Part shown: one piece after another, positions 28,033 through 38,398 of the stretch
How positions within the stretch are numbered: the first letter of the stretch is position 1
Layout: every line of letters starts with the position of its first letter
Source of the DNA: Clostridia bacterium
GTDB lineage: Bacteria; Bacillota; Clostridia; Christensenellales; UBA3700
Length of the DNA stretch: 64,000 nt
Assembly: GCA_029060065.1 (NCBI GenBank)
Contig: JAIDUT010000023.1
Span: 14,342-78,341, forward strand
Reading direction: 5' to 3'
Program-made: the position numbers and the translations under genes
The notes under the pieces: model-generated
What the model was told of the DNA's origin: nothing
The model's database searches: none
What the model saw: only the letters and a program-made list of their open reading frames with translations

Positions 28033-29172
28033 CTATGTTTCCCAAAAGAATGAATATGGGTATATTATGTTCCACTCCGGTCGCAAAATTTGACCTAATA
28101 TTAAATACACAGTCATTATTAATATTATCAAGAAAGTAAGTGCTTTCTTACTATTTAGATCATATTTTCTTAGAGCATTTGGTATTAAAATTATGTAAAA
28201 CGTACTAAAGTACGATATTATTCTATCAATCAAACTGATTCTATAACCAAATATTACCCCTATCGCAGGTATAAGAACCAACCATGCAATAAGATTTCTT
28301 TGACAGCTATAATTTAATTTCGAGATGCCAATGACCCGATTATCTTTTATTTTGCTAATTACTATGAATATTAAAATAAAAAATATAACATTACGCATTA
28401 CTAAATAAGTTATTGACATGCTTCCTGCACCGGAGTATATTTGCGAATCAAAATAATGCGAATATTGTGGCGCAATAATTTCAACAAATCTGAAAAATCC
28501 ATTTGTTGCCGTAAGTATAATTACTAATACTGTCAAAATTATTGCTAATACCTTGCTAAATTTAATATACGGCAATATAGGTATTATAATAAATAATATA
28601 GCGCTTTTGTGAAATAAAAATGCAATTATAATCCAAAAGTATGAGATAATAATTTTTTTGTTTATTAGCCTATCATATGCTATCAATAAAAATGCAATCG
28701 CTAATTCTTGTCTAAGAATGTTCAGAGTTGAGCCAAAACACATTAAATAAAAAAACAACAAAGATACAGAATAATTCCTACTGTGTTTGCGCAAAAACCA
28801 AATATAAACAGGATAATATATCATAGCCGAGCAGATGATTATACCTTGAGGATTTGTTGTAAATTTACCGACAAGTTTATTCAAGAAAATATATCCTAAT
28901 TCAAATCTAGTTATGTTGGCATAATCGGGATTAGATATTACGTTAATAAATATTCTATGATATTCGTTAGTATCGCTTCCGACGCTGATTCCTCTAAACA
29001 TAGCAAGAACCATCATGACAATCATTGCAATTATCATGTATGTCCCTTTATCCTTTTTTTCTGCCTGCGTTGTAGTTAAATTGGCGTTATAGCTTAGAAT
29101 TCTTTTAGACAATTTTGCTTGAAGATAAGCAAATATAAATACAAACGCAGTAAGTAATAACATATCACTCAT
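28033..29172 (-). CDS. EpsG-family / Wzy-like repeat-unit polymerase
   Basis: 379 aa, highly hydrophobic polytopic protein, very AT-rich. Located between the flippase and a GT in a polysaccharide locus. Confidence 0.7.
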   Translation of the reverse strand: MSDMLLLTAFVFIFAYLQAKLSKRILSYNANLTTTQAEKKDKGTYMIIAMIVMMVLAMFRGISVGSDTNEYHRIFINVISNPDYANITRFELGYIFLNKLVGKFTTNPQGIIICSAMIYYPVYIWFLRKHSRNYSVSLLFFYLMCFGSTLNILRQELAIAFLLIAYDRLINKKIIISYFWIIIAFLFHKSAILFIIIPILPYIKFSKVLAIILTVLVIILTATNGFFRFVEIIAPQYSHYFDSQIYSGAGSMSITYLVMRNVIFFILIFIVISKIKDNRVIGISKLNYSCQRNLIAWLVLIPAIGVIFGYRISLIDRIISYFSTFYIILIPNALRKYDLNSKKALTFLIILIMTVYLILGQILRPEWNIIYPYSFFWET

Positions 29173-30290
29173 AGGCTTTTTATATTGTAATAAATATCCT
29201 CCAATCTTTTTGCCTGCTCTACAATATCGAAACCTGCTTGCTTAATTTTCTCGAAACAACCCCTCCTTTCGTTTTCTGATACTCCATCAAGTGCTACAAC
29301 CGTGTCGCTCCAGTCTTTTGGCGTAGAATCATTAGCCATAATTCTCACAGAATCTAAAATTGCAACCTCTTTAGTTAGCGAATCAAAATAAATCGTCTGC
29401 AACCCGTTGCTCTGTGCTTCAATTAGCGCTACGGGCAATCCCTCAAACAAAGACGGAAAAACGAAGCAATCCATTGCGCTCAACAAATCTCCTACGTCTT
29501 TCCTATTATCCGTAAAGATAACGTATTCTAACAAGCCGGAAGTATTGACGTAATCCAATACGCCGGACTCTTCCTTTCCATAACCTACAAACAAAAGACG
29601 TACGTCTTGTCTGATCTTTAGTAATTCCTTTAATACGTCAACCGCGAATTTTTGATTTTTTTGTGAACATAATCTACCGACGTTTCCCAAAACAAATTTA
29701 TCTTGCAAACCTAATTCTTCCCTTATCTTTTTACGACCTTCACTATTATAAACATAGTTATTTAGGTTGATTGCATTGTATATTGTCTTATATTTTTTAT
29801 CGTTAATAATCTTTTTGCCAAATGCGTTTTGTCCCGCTTCTTTTGAGCATGCAAAACAATAATCGCTTTTTGGGGCAAGTCCGCTTACCAATATTCTATT
29901 TCTGATCGCTCTAAGAGGTTTTTCCGAAAGTTTTGTATTATGGCTGTGAGAAATACATTTAACGTTGCCGTATTTTCTAGCATATTTATAAACCATTTTA
30001 GCAACTAGAAGTTCATGGCAATGTATAATATCATATTCACTTCCATGTTCCTTGAAAAACTCTTTAAGATCTTTTAATGTTTTGAAATAGGTTTTTATAC
30101 CTGGAACCGTAAACTTGTAGACCATACCTCCTAATTCATTTATTTCATTATTAAAACTATTGTTTGGTAACGAGAGTACCAAAAAATCAAATTGAACCTT
30201 ATCTTTATTAATATTACGATAATAATTCATCACTACGTTAGAAACACCGCTACTTGTACCCGTAGACCACAATACTTGCAATACTTTCAT
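29169..30290 (-). CDS. glycosyltransferase family 4 (GT-B)
   Basis: 373 aa. C-terminal FVFPSLFEGLPVALIEAQSNG (E-x7-E motif). Confidence 0.85.
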   Translation of the reverse strand: MKVLQVLWSTGTSSGVSNVVMNYYRNINKDKVQFDFLVLSLPNNSFNNEINELGGMVYKFTVPGIKTYFKTLKDLKEFFKEHGSEYDIIHCHELLVAKMVYKYARKYGNVKCISHSHNTKLSEKPLRAIRNRILVSGLAPKSDYCFACSKEAGQNAFGKKIINDKKYKTIYNAINLNNYVYNSEGRKKIREELGLQDKFVLGNVGRLCSQKNQKFAVDVLKELLKIRQDVRLLFVGYGKEESGVLDYVNTSGLLEYVIFTDNRKDVGDLLSAMDCFVFPSLFEGLPVALIEAQSNGLQTIYFDSLTKEVAILDSVRIMANDSTPKDWSDTVVALDGVSENERRGCFEKIKQAGFDIVEQAKRLEDIYYNIKSL

Positions 30291-30940
30291 TGCCTCTCCT
30301 TTGATTTTTTATGCGACATATACATACGCATAAAGTCCAAATCGTGATGATAAGTCAATTTATAATTATCGGGGAAATCAAAATGCTTATATAGCGTAGT
30401 TCCCTCAGGTAATTGTTGATATGCCTCTACCAATGAAGAAAGCGGATCAAAATTCTTGTATATCAAGTCAAACCTAAATGCTTCTGGAGATTGGAGAATA
30501 TAATATCTGCTTCTATCGCACTCCCAAAAGTCAAGACAGCCCAAAGAATCTACAATGCGTTGGCAAGTCGCCACGACTTGAAATTCATCCAACTTGTCCA
30601 TATATAGATCAATTAACTCTTTTGTAACGAAAGGTCGCATAGCGTCGAATACCATTAGTTTTTCACACTTATAATTAGTTTTTATATGCTCCATACCGTT
30701 TTTGAAAGAGATATTACGCTCGCTTCCGCCTACGCAAACGTCTACATCAAATCTTTCTCTAAACCAATCTAGGTATTCCTCCGCGCACACAACGACAGTT
30801 CTGTCAACCTTGCTTGATTCAAGCGTAGCTTTGACCACATACTCAACCACGGGCTTTCCCAATAAGTCTTGATATTGTTTTGGTGTTGGAGCGCCAAACC
30901 TTTGACCTACTCCGCCGGATAAAATCATAGCTATATTCAT
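30287..30940 (-). CDS. IspD/TarI-like sugar-alcohol-phosphate cytidylyltransferase
   Basis: 217 aa. The N-terminus AMILSGGVGQRFGAPTPKQY is the IspD/TarI signature. Confidence 0.8.
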   Translation of the reverse strand: MNIAMILSGGVGQRFGAPTPKQYQDLLGKPVVEYVVKATLESSKVDRTVVVCAEEYLDWFRERFDVDVCVGGSERNISFKNGMEHIKTNYKCEKLMVFDAMRPFVTKELIDLYMDKLDEFQVVATCQRIVDSLGCLDFWECDRSRYYILQSPEAFRFDLIYKNFDPLSSLVEAYQQLPEGTTLYKHFDFPDNYKLTYHHDLDFMRMYMSHKKSKERQ

Positions 30941-31770
30941 TCTTGCCCCTCTCTTGTCTTGTCGTATAATTCATACCCGTGAGTTGCCACTCTTTTCTCT
31001 TCGGGCGGTAATTGCATATAATCGCCGTAAAACTGCGTAAGATACTTATCCCAGCCTATAGGAGCCGGCAATACTAAGTTCTCGAATTGCATATATTCGC
31101 ATTCCCCGTACGTTTCTACTCTCTTAACTATTCTATTGCTTCCTACTTGGTCGATATATTCCCCAACGTATTCGCATTGATCATAAGGTAAACTTCTTGC
31201 TAATTTATAAATTTTCTTATGCAATCTTTTTACGCCATATATTTTAACGAAAAATCTTAAAAATTCTACCGCCAAGTTTTTAACAAACGAACACCCCTTT
31301 CTCCAAGGATTAACCAATAATGAATAATTCATTACTTGATACTTATGCATTTTCTTCATTTGTTTCTCTGCTGTAGCTATGTCATTGCCAAGTCCGTCTA
31401 TAGGAAAAATATCAAGATATAACCCCATTTCAACTCCCGAATAAACGTCATCTTCTATAAGCAACGTATCCATATCCACCAATTTCAAAAATGTATAGAC
31501 GTACTTATGATTTAACTCATGAGAAAACAATTTGTATCTATCATTTTCTTGTTTCTCTTTGAATATTTCTATTAGTTTGTCATAGTCAGGACGAGGCATA
31601 TGCACATCAATATCATCATCCCAAGGTATAAAACCTTTATGTCTAACCGCGCCAAGCAACGTCCCCCCTGATAAAAACATTTCCAGACCATTATCTTTAC
31701 ATAGGTTGTCCAAATATTCTGCCATACTTAAAAGCCGTTGACGCATCTCATTAATTTCTATTTTTCTCAT
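30937..31770 (-). CDS. LicD-family phosphotransferase
   Basis: 277 aa. SGGTLLGAVRHKGFIPWDDDIDVHMPR is the LicD DxD signature. Confidence 0.85.
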   Translation of the reverse strand: MRKIEINEMRQRLLSMAEYLDNLCKDNGLEMFLSGGTLLGAVRHKGFIPWDDDIDVHMPRPDYDKLIEIFKEKQENDRYKLFSHELNHKYVYTFLKLVDMDTLLIEDDVYSGVEMGLYLDIFPIDGLGNDIATAEKQMKKMHKYQVMNYSLLVNPWRKGCSFVKNLAVEFLRFFVKIYGVKRLHKKIYKLARSLPYDQCEYVGEYIDQVGSNRIVKRVETYGECEYMQFENLVLPAPIGWDKYLTQFYGDYMQLPPEEKRVATHGYELYDKTREGQE

Positions 31771-31784
31771 TTCCCTTTCCTTTT

Positions 31785-32642
31785 TTATTTTTTTGCAAGC
31801 TCCGCAATTTTATCGTTCACTTCATTAAACTTTCTTGCAATCAATTTGTCGCTTGATTTCAATTGCTCGTAATCTTCCGATGACAAGATTTTTGGATTCT
31901 TTTTCCCTTCACTCCAATCTACGTAAGTCAGATAATCCATTATTTTATCTGAGTACTGCGAGTTGCCGATTATAGTTTGGAAAAAACTCTCGTCGGGACA
32001 TATACAGTTCTTAAAATACTTCAAGTACGGTTTTCTTTCTACTTCTTCTAAAATATACGTCATAGTTCCATAAGTAATCGCAAACCACTGACTGCCAAAG
32101 AACCAATCTACTCCAAGTATGTTTTTCCGCTTAAATAGACTACGTGTCATTCCGCCTGTCATATAATTGTATATTTTTCTTAAAACTCTCATAATAAATC
32201 TTGGCGACGCTCCCCATGTAGGATACCAAGTTTGATTTCTTTTAAGATACCGTCTATACCTCTCATCCTCTTTCGGAATAATTTCAATGAAGTTATAACC
32301 GAAGTTCTGCACAAAGAAATTTTGTATATACTCATTTGACTTTATTGGATAATCCTGTCCGCTTATAAACCAAACGTAGTCATATTTGCGCTCGCCCTCT
32401 TTTACGCATTTCATAAGTTCAAGCATTGATTCGACTAATGATATATGTCCCCACTTAGCGTCTATTCTGTTGGAAGTAAAATAAACATTGGCTTTTTTAT
32501 TTATATCGCCAATGATATTACTTTTTTTATCTATATGCACATAGAAATCGACGCAAGGGTAATCCAAGGCATCTATCAATTTATTAATAGCCTCGGGATT
32601 TTTATGAGCCAATATTAAATATGCTATACGAACTTCACTCAT
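31785..32642 (-). CDS. GT14 (core-2/I-branching enzyme-like) glycosyltransferase
   Basis: 285 aa. IAYLILAHKNPEAINKLIDAL...VHIDKKS...WGHISLVESML resembles the Branch domain. Confidence 0.7.
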   Translation of the reverse strand: MSEVRIAYLILAHKNPEAINKLIDALDYPCVDFYVHIDKKSNIIGDINKKANVYFTSNRIDAKWGHISLVESMLELMKCVKEGERKYDYVWFISGQDYPIKSNEYIQNFFVQNFGYNFIEIIPKEDERYRRYLKRNQTWYPTWGASPRFIMRVLRKIYNYMTGGMTRSLFKRKNILGVDWFFGSQWFAITYGTMTYILEEVERKPYLKYFKNCICPDESFFQTIIGNSQYSDKIMDYLTYVDWSEGKKNPKILSSEDYEQLKSSDKLIARKFNEVNDKIAELAKK

Positions 32643-32660
32643 TTACTTACTCTTTTTTAA

Positions 32661-33500
32661 TTATTTTTCTTTCACCGGCTTTTGTCGCATCAACTTTATG
32701 AAAACGAACTTTCTCAACCGATTTGGCATAAGAACTTGTATAACGTATCTCATAAAACAACACTTTCTATACTCGCCTTTAGTTATTATCTTGTTGTTTA
32801 GCATAAACTTAAACAAATCCCTTTCGCTTATATAGTATTTTTTGCCACCGCGCCTGCTAAAGGTTGCCTCGTTGATTCTCGCGTATACAAGATTCTCTTT
32901 TATATTTGCAAATTTACAACCTGCCAAATACATTCTTACCCAAAGATAACTATCCTCGTTATAGAACCAATGCAGGTATCCGCCGGCTTTCTCGACTTCG
33001 CTTTTTTTGAACATAACCGTCATATGATTGAACGGACATCTCTTTTTAAGATATTCGCAGATATCATTATGCTCGGCAGGCACGTCCCTTATGCTGACGA
33101 CGTTATCTACACTGCCTATAAATTCGGCTATGTCGCTTCCCACTATAGAAAGCTCGGGGTCTTTCTCAAACATGGCAAGTTGTTTTTCGAATCTATCTTG
33201 CACGGCAATATCGTCGCTATCCATTCTTGCGACGAGTTCGTATCTGCAGTATTGCATACCCTCTTTAAGCGCATTGCCCAAACCGACGTTTTGCTCCAAT
33301 GGATAAACTTCAATCAAATCCCCGTATTCTTCGCTCAAGCCGTTTAACGCTTGCATACTCTCTTCAGGTATCGGACCGTCAACGACTATTACCACTTGCG
33401 ACGGCCTTACCGTTTGCTCAATGATACTCTTTACCGCCGTTATTACGTTTTCCGCAACGTCGTTCTTATAGACAGACATCAATACGCTGAATTCTTGCAT
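32661..33500 (-). CDS. glycosyltransferase family 2
   Basis: 279 aa. FSVLMSVYKND...RMDSDD is a GT-A signature. Confidence 0.85.
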   Translation of the reverse strand: MQEFSVLMSVYKNDVAENVITAVKSIIEQTVRPSQVVIVVDGPIPEESMQALNGLSEEYGDLIEVYPLEQNVGLGNALKEGMQYCRYELVARMDSDDIAVQDRFEKQLAMFEKDPELSIVGSDIAEFIGSVDNVVSIRDVPAEHNDICEYLKKRCPFNHMTVMFKKSEVEKAGGYLHWFYNEDSYLWVRMYLAGCKFANIKENLVYARINEATFSRRGGKKYYISERDLFKFMLNNKIITKGEYRKCCFMRYVIQVLMPNRLRKFVFIKLMRQKPVKEK

Positions 33501-33513
33501 AACACTTTCCTTT

Positions 33514-34116
33514 CTATTCTTTTATTACTTTTCCTATCGTCTTAAATATAAGACCTATATCGTAAAAGAACCCTGCTTTCTCAATATACTTGAGATTAAG
33601 CTGTAGCTTGGCTGGCATAATCTCTTCTATATACTTTCTTTCGGGGTCGTCATCGCCGTCGAGAAGGTCGTTTTCATTGCGAAACTCTATCGACGCAAGG
33701 TCGGTTATTCCCGGTTTTACAGACAGTACTCTGAGTTGTTCGTCGCTATACATAGCCACGTATTTGGGCACTTCGGGGCGCGGACCGACAAAACTCATCT
33801 TGCCCGACAAGACGTTGAAAAGTTGTGGCAGTTCGTCAATCTTGGTTTTGCGGATAAACTTGCCCACCTTTGTAACTCTATTGTCGCCTTCGGTGGTAAT
33901 TTGCATACCCTTAGCCTCGGCGTCTACTATCATAGACCTGAACTTCCATATCTTAAAGGTCTTTCCGTGTCTGCCGACCCTCTCTTGCTTAAAAAGCACC
34001 GGACCTTTTGACGAACACTTGATTGCTATAGCTATTATCAAAAATAACCAAAGTAGCAAGGATATACCCAGTAGCGAGAAGAAAATATCAAAGCACCGCT
34101 TAGAGAACTTATACAC
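33514..34116 (-). CDS. small monotopic phosphoglycosyl transferase (PglC/WecP-like bacterial sugar transferase)
   Basis: 200 aa with one N-terminal helix, then KFRSM...[21 protein letters not shown]. Confidence 0.9.
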   Translation of the reverse strand: MYKFSKRCFDIFFSLLGISLLLWLFLIIAIAIKCSSKGPVLFKQERVGRHGKTFKIWKFRSMIVDAEAKGMQITTEGDNRVTKVGKFIRKTKIDELPQLFNVLSGKMSFVGPRPEVPKYVAMYSDEQLRVLSVKPGITDLASIEFRNENDLLDGDDDPERKYIEEIMPAKLQLNLKYIEKAGFFYDIGLIFKTIGKVIKE

Positions 34117-35305
34117 CTACAGCCTCCTTAAAGTTTTTGATTATATATTCCACTTCTTCGTCCGTCAATAGCGTATGCAACGGCAACGTAATCTCGTTGC
34201 TATATAATTCGTAAGCGTTGGAATAATTCTTTATATCGAATCCCAATTCTTTGTATCCGCTGAACATCGGCAATGGCTTATAATGCACGTTGGTAGCAAT
34301 GCCGGCGTTTGCCATTTTAATAATTATCTCATTGCGTTTAGCTTCGTCGATACCTTTAATTCTTGTGATATACAAATGTCCGCTACTTTGACTGTCGGTT
34401 GAGTAATGTGTGATAGATTGGATTACGGTACCCTTAAAAGCCTTGTCGTACTTCGATATTATTTCTCTGCGCCTTGCGAGCAGGCTATCGTATCTCTTTA
34501 ATTGCACAAGTCCAAGCGAAGCCATGATATCCGTCATATTGCATTTGTATCCCAATGTCTTTATGTCGTACTCCCACGCGCCTGCTTTCATTTTAGAGAG
34601 CGCGTCTTTAGACTGTCCGTGCAAACTGTCGAGTACTAATTGAGTGTAGATAAACTCATTGTCAATACCTTTAATATCTCTCCACGTAACCGCTCCGCCT
34701 TCAGCAGTAGTCAAGTTCTTAACGGCATGGAACGAAAATGACGTAAAGTCCGCAATCTCGCCGGATATCTTACCGTTTTGCTTTGCACCGAATGAATGCG
34801 CAGAGTCTGCGATAATAGCTATTCTGCCGATTGCTCTTTGTATATCGTTGGACGGTTTGAACATACCTTTATTTTCATTGGCAATCTTAAAAAGAGCGTC
34901 ATAGTCGGCAATTACACCTGCAATATCCACGCCTATGATTGCTTTGGTCTTTTCCGTAACGGCTTTGCGTACATTGTCAGCCGATATATAAAAATCATTC
35001 TTGTTCGTATCTACAAGCACGATTTTAGCTCCGACGTGATTTATAACGCTTGCCGAAGCAGTATACGTATAGGCGCTGGTGATAACTTCGTCGCCTTCGC
35101 CGATACCCAAAAATCTCAAAATCAGTTCGAGTCCTGCCGTAGCGGAATTAAGACATACCGCTTTTTGCGTACGGCAATACTCGGCGATTAATTTTTCGAA
35201 CTTTTTAGTCTTAGGTCCCGTCGTTATCCAACCCGACTTGAGAGTATCTACGACCTCGTCAATCTCTTCTTGAGTGATATCAGGAGGTGAAAATTTGATA
35301 TTCAT
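34109..35305 (-). CDS. DegT/DnrJ/EryC1/StrS-family sugar aminotransferase (PglE-like)
   Basis: About 398 aa with an [17 protein letters not shown]-lysine motif. ATG 35305 is preferred over the GTG track start 35311. Confidence 0.9.
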   Translation of the reverse strand: MNIKFSPPDITQEEIDEVVDTLKSGWITTGPKTKKFEKLIAEYCRTQKAVCLNSATAGLELILRFLGIGEGDEVITSAYTYTASASVINHVGAKIVLVDTNKNDFYISADNVRKAVTEKTKAIIGVDIAGVIADYDALFKIANENKGMFKPSNDIQRAIGRIAIIADSAHSFGAKQNGKISGEIADFTSFSFHAVKNLTTAEGGAVTWRDIKGIDNEFIYTQLVLDSLHGQSKDALSKMKAGAWEYDIKTLGYKCNMTDIMASLGLVQLKRYDSLLARRREIISKYDKAFKGTVIQSITHYSTDSQSSGHLYITRIKGIDEAKRNEIIIKMANAGIATNVHYKPLPMFSGYKELGFDIKNYSNAYELYSNEITLPLHTLLTDEEVEYIIKNFKEAVGV

Positions 35306-35388
35306 ACGCACTTCCCTATTTTAGTATTTATAATATTATAACATTATACGCGCAAAAAAACAACATAAATTTACATATATTATTGCCA

Positions 35389-35415
35389 ATAAAAAACCTC
35401 GTTTTTCAACGAGGC
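35389..35415 (-). terminator. Rho-independent terminator of GH20 gene
   Basis: Minus strand reads CCTCGTT-GAAA-AACGAGG followed by TTTTTTATT. Confidence 0.75.
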
Positions 35416-35429
35416 TTTATAATCGAATT

Positions 35430-37010
35430 TTATTTATTTTCGGTAGCTTGGATTTTGGCAAGTTGATTTAGTTCATAATCGGGATTTCCTCTCCACAAAT
35501 TCCATTTGAGCGCATACGAAAACGCGCTGAGCGGATATGTCTTACCGCGATAAATCTTGGGCGGACAAATCTTGCAACCGAGTTTATCGAAGAAAGGACG
35601 CAGATTTTCCATACGCCTTTCAAAGTCAGCGTAATTGCGACATTCTGTCTTTGTCCAACACACTTCGCTAAAAGCAACCAAGCGAGCGTAAGTGAGCATA
35701 TCGAGTTTCTTCTCGTCGCGTATATACTCTGCCCATTGCGGAATTTCCATACCCAAAACGTTGCTTTCGTCCTTGATACCAAGAGTTTTAGCGGAAAAAC
35801 CGTACGTCTTCTTAAGCGGTCTAACGTTGTACGGGTGATCCATATATACGTAATTGACCATAGATAAAATACACTGACCGCCTTTAGACATCCAATATAA
35901 TTCGTTTTTATTGCCACCGCTGTGCTTAATCCACCATTGCGCAACGACGTCGTTATCCATTATTTCTTTGGCGTCCAGCATCTCGTTCCAGCCGATCATT
36001 CTCTTGCCTTTTGTACGCAAATACTTTGCAATCTCGTTGTTGAAATACCCCTGCAAAGCATTCTCGTCTTTTAATCCCAACAGTTTGATTTTTTCCTGAC
36101 AGCAAGGACATTTTTTCCATCGAGTTTTTGGCGCTTCATCTCCTCCTATATGGAAAAAACTACCTGTAAATATTGTACACAGCTCATCAACCACGTCTTT
36201 GGCAAAGTCGTATACGTCGTCTTTTCCGCAACAGCAAATATTGTCCATAATACCCCAGCGGTCGCTGACGTCCGTTGGCTCTTTCGCACATGACAAATTG
36301 GGATAGCAAGATATTGCCGACACCATATGCCCCGGCATATCAATCTCCGGAATAACCTCTATATGCCTATCTTTAGCGTAAGCGACAATATCTCTCATAT
36401 CGTCTTGAGTATAGTACAAATTGCGCCCGTATTCATTCTCGTCATATCCCCGACTTCCAGAACCCATCAAAGCCTTTGGCGAAAGCGGAGTACGCTTGCG
36501 AATTGCGCCCTTTTGCGTCAACAGCGGATACTTCTTAATCTCTGCTCTCCACCCCTGATCGTCAGTCAAGTGCCAGTGAAATTTATTCATTTTAAGATGC
36601 GCCATTACGTCGAGTATTTGCTTGATTTTCTCAACTTTCCAAAAGTGGCGCGCGCAATCCAAAGAAAAGCCTCTGTATTGATAATTCGGGCAGTCTTCTA
36701 CGTAAACTCTCTGCAATCCCTCATGCGTAAAAATCTGTTGTATCGTCATAAACGCATAGAATGCTCCTTGCTCCGTCTTTGCGCTCACAGTGACCTTGTC
36801 TTGGACACAATCTATACGATACGCCTCATTTTGCAAATTCTTGTCAATTTCAAAAAATACTCGGCAGTTTTCTCCCCTTTCTATATCTGCCAAAAATCCT
36901 TTCATTAACGCTTTTGTGTTGGCAAAAGCTCCAGACACAACGCTGTATTTACCAAGAGCGATACTTCCGCTTTTTTCTTCAACTTTTATCGGCAAAGGTA
37001 TTATATTCAT
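35430..37010 (-). CDS. GH20 beta-N-acetylhexosaminidase (no signal peptide)
   Basis: HWHLTDDQGWR and the catalytic HIGGDE motif. ATG 37010 has SD GGGGGAGAG; the track start TTG 37025 lies inside that SD. Confidence 0.9.
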   Translation of the reverse strand: MNIIPLPIKVEEKSGSIALGKYSVVSGAFANTKALMKGFLADIERGENCRVFFEIDKNLQNEAYRIDCVQDKVTVSAKTEQGAFYAFMTIQQIFTHEGLQRVYVEDCPNYQYRGFSLDCARHFWKVEKIKQILDVMAHLKMNKFHWHLTDDQGWRAEIKKYPLLTQKGAIRKRTPLSPKALMGSGSRGYDENEYGRNLYYTQDDMRDIVAYAKDRHIEVIPEIDMPGHMVSAISCYPNLSCAKEPTDVSDRWGIMDNICCCGKDDVYDFAKDVVDELCTIFTGSFFHIGGDEAPKTRWKKCPCCQEKIKLLGLKDENALQGYFNNEIAKYLRTKGKRMIGWNEMLDAKEIMDNDVVAQWWIKHSGGNKNELYWMSKGGQCILSMVNYVYMDHPYNVRPLKKTYGFSAKTLGIKDESNVLGMEIPQWAEYIRDEKKLDMLTYARLVAFSEVCWTKTECRNYADFERRMENLRPFFDKLGCKICPPKIYRGKTYPLSAFSYALKWNLWRGNPDYELNQLAKIQATENK

Positions 37011-37116
37011 TTTACTCTCCCCCAAAATGCTTGTTAAAATTATCTTTGGTATATTATATTTTATATTTTAACACAAATGCCTAGGCAATTCAAGTACCGT
37101 AATACGCTAACTTGAT

Positions 37117-37148
37117 ATAAAAACGGACGGGGTAAAAATACTCCGTCC
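37117..37148 (-). terminator. Rho-independent terminator after zinc-ribbon gene pair
   Basis: Minus strand reads GGACGGAG-TATTTTTA-CCCCGTCC followed by GTTTTTAT. Confidence 0.65.
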
Positions 37149-37174
37149 AATGCCTAGCAGTAATTTCAAATAAC

Positions 37175-37780
37175 TTAAATAATATAAAACATGACTGATA
37201 AAGCGCCCAAAACGATACCGACAATAGATAATACTCTGCCGTTGGTAGCTTTAGGCTTGCCGTCATACTCTCCCGTATTGCAAAGTTCCAATGCTTTTTG
37301 GGCTTTTGTGAGACCGATAGCGCCGAAAACTATTCCGAGTATTCCGCCGAGAATACCTATAGCGCCGAAAACTATTCCAAGTATTCCGCCGGGAATACCG
37401 AATATTAAAGCCAAAATTCCATAAGTATTGGCGTCCTTTGCAAACTTATTGAACAAAAGTTGTTTATGACCGTGACTGCCGTTATTGTTATGAGAAGAAG
37501 TAGTAAAGACTTGACCGCCATGTTCCACGTGAGATTCAAATTCGCTTTGGGAATTGACAAAGCCGTCATTTTTTTCAAAGTCATTACTAAACTCTTTGTC
37601 AAATTCCTTATCGATGTCGCTGTGGAAATCGTCTTTTGCTGACGTCACTTCCTCAAAATCCTGCTTGCAATAACCGTTTTCTTGCGTAAAGTCCTCATCT
37701 TGCTTTAATTTGCAACCGCAATATCCGCAATAGATATCGTTATCCTCGACTTGTCCGCCACAATTTCTACAATGCTTCAT
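37175..37780 (-). CDS. zinc-ribbon protein with C-terminal Gly-zipper membrane helices
   Basis: 201 aa. N-terminal CRNCG...CGYCG, an acidic linker, and C-terminal GILGIVFGAIG repeats. Confidence 0.65.
   Translation of the reverse strand: MKHCRNCGGQVEDNDIYCGYCGCKLKQDEDFTQENGYCKQDFEEVTSAKDDFHSDIDKEFDKEFSNDFEKNDGFVNSQSEFESHVEHGGQVFTTSSHNNNGSHGHKQLLFNKFAKDANTYGILALIFGIPGGILGIVFGAIGILGGILGIVFGAIGLTKAQKALELCNTGEYDGKPKATNGRVLSIVGIVLGALSVMFYII
37319..37402 (-). repeat. in-frame 42-nt tandem duplication inside the zinc-ribbon gene
   Basis: 37319-37360 and 37361-37402 differ at only a few positions. Each unit encodes one GILGIVFGAIG(I/L)-type segment. Confidence 0.8.
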
Positions 37781-37795
37781 ATAACTCTCCTGTAT

Positions 37796-38200
37796 TTATA
37801 TTAACACCACAACCGTTACGGCTATGATACCTATAACAACCGCCAATACGCTCAACGCGATACTTATCTTTGAACATATCTCGCCGACTTTACAGAATGT
37901 CGCTCCCGTCTGGTCGTTGTCTTGTCCCTTTTCTCTAGCCTTGTTTGCAAACACTAAACTTACGATAGCGCAAACAACCGTGCCAAATGTAACGGATAAA
38001 ATACCGCATATAAGGCATATCAACGCTTCAAAATTCTCACTTGCCGACTCTGTTATGTTGTTGATAGATTGCTCTACCGTAGTACGTTTATCTTGCTTAT
38101 CGTCTGTACGAGAATCTATATTCTCTACTTGCGCTCCGCAACTCGAGCAATAACTGTCAAAATCGTCCAAACGATTGCCACATTTTTTACAATATCTCAT
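37796..38200 (-). CDS. zinc-ribbon protein with two membrane helices
   Basis: 134 aa. N-terminal CKKCG...CSSCG followed by two hydrophobic helices. Same architecture as the downstream neighbour. Confidence 0.65.
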   Translation of the reverse strand: MRYCKKCGNRLDDFDSYCSSCGAQVENIDSRTDDKQDKRTTVEQSINNITESASENFEALICLICGILSVTFGTVVCAIVSLVFANKAREKGQDNDQTGATFCKVGEICSKISIALSVLAVVIGIIAVTVVVLI

Positions 38201-38398
38201 AAACTCGCTCCTTTATATTTACAGAATCATTATACTACGCTTTTATTGCCTTTGCAATATCAAAATAATGTAAAAACTACAAAAAAATATAATTTAGCTT
38301 AATTTCAATTAAATGTATCAAAAAGTGTGTACTTATTTGAGAAAAGTGTTATAATTAATTTGAAAATCTGCATATAGCGCAAATAACAGGAGTATAAA

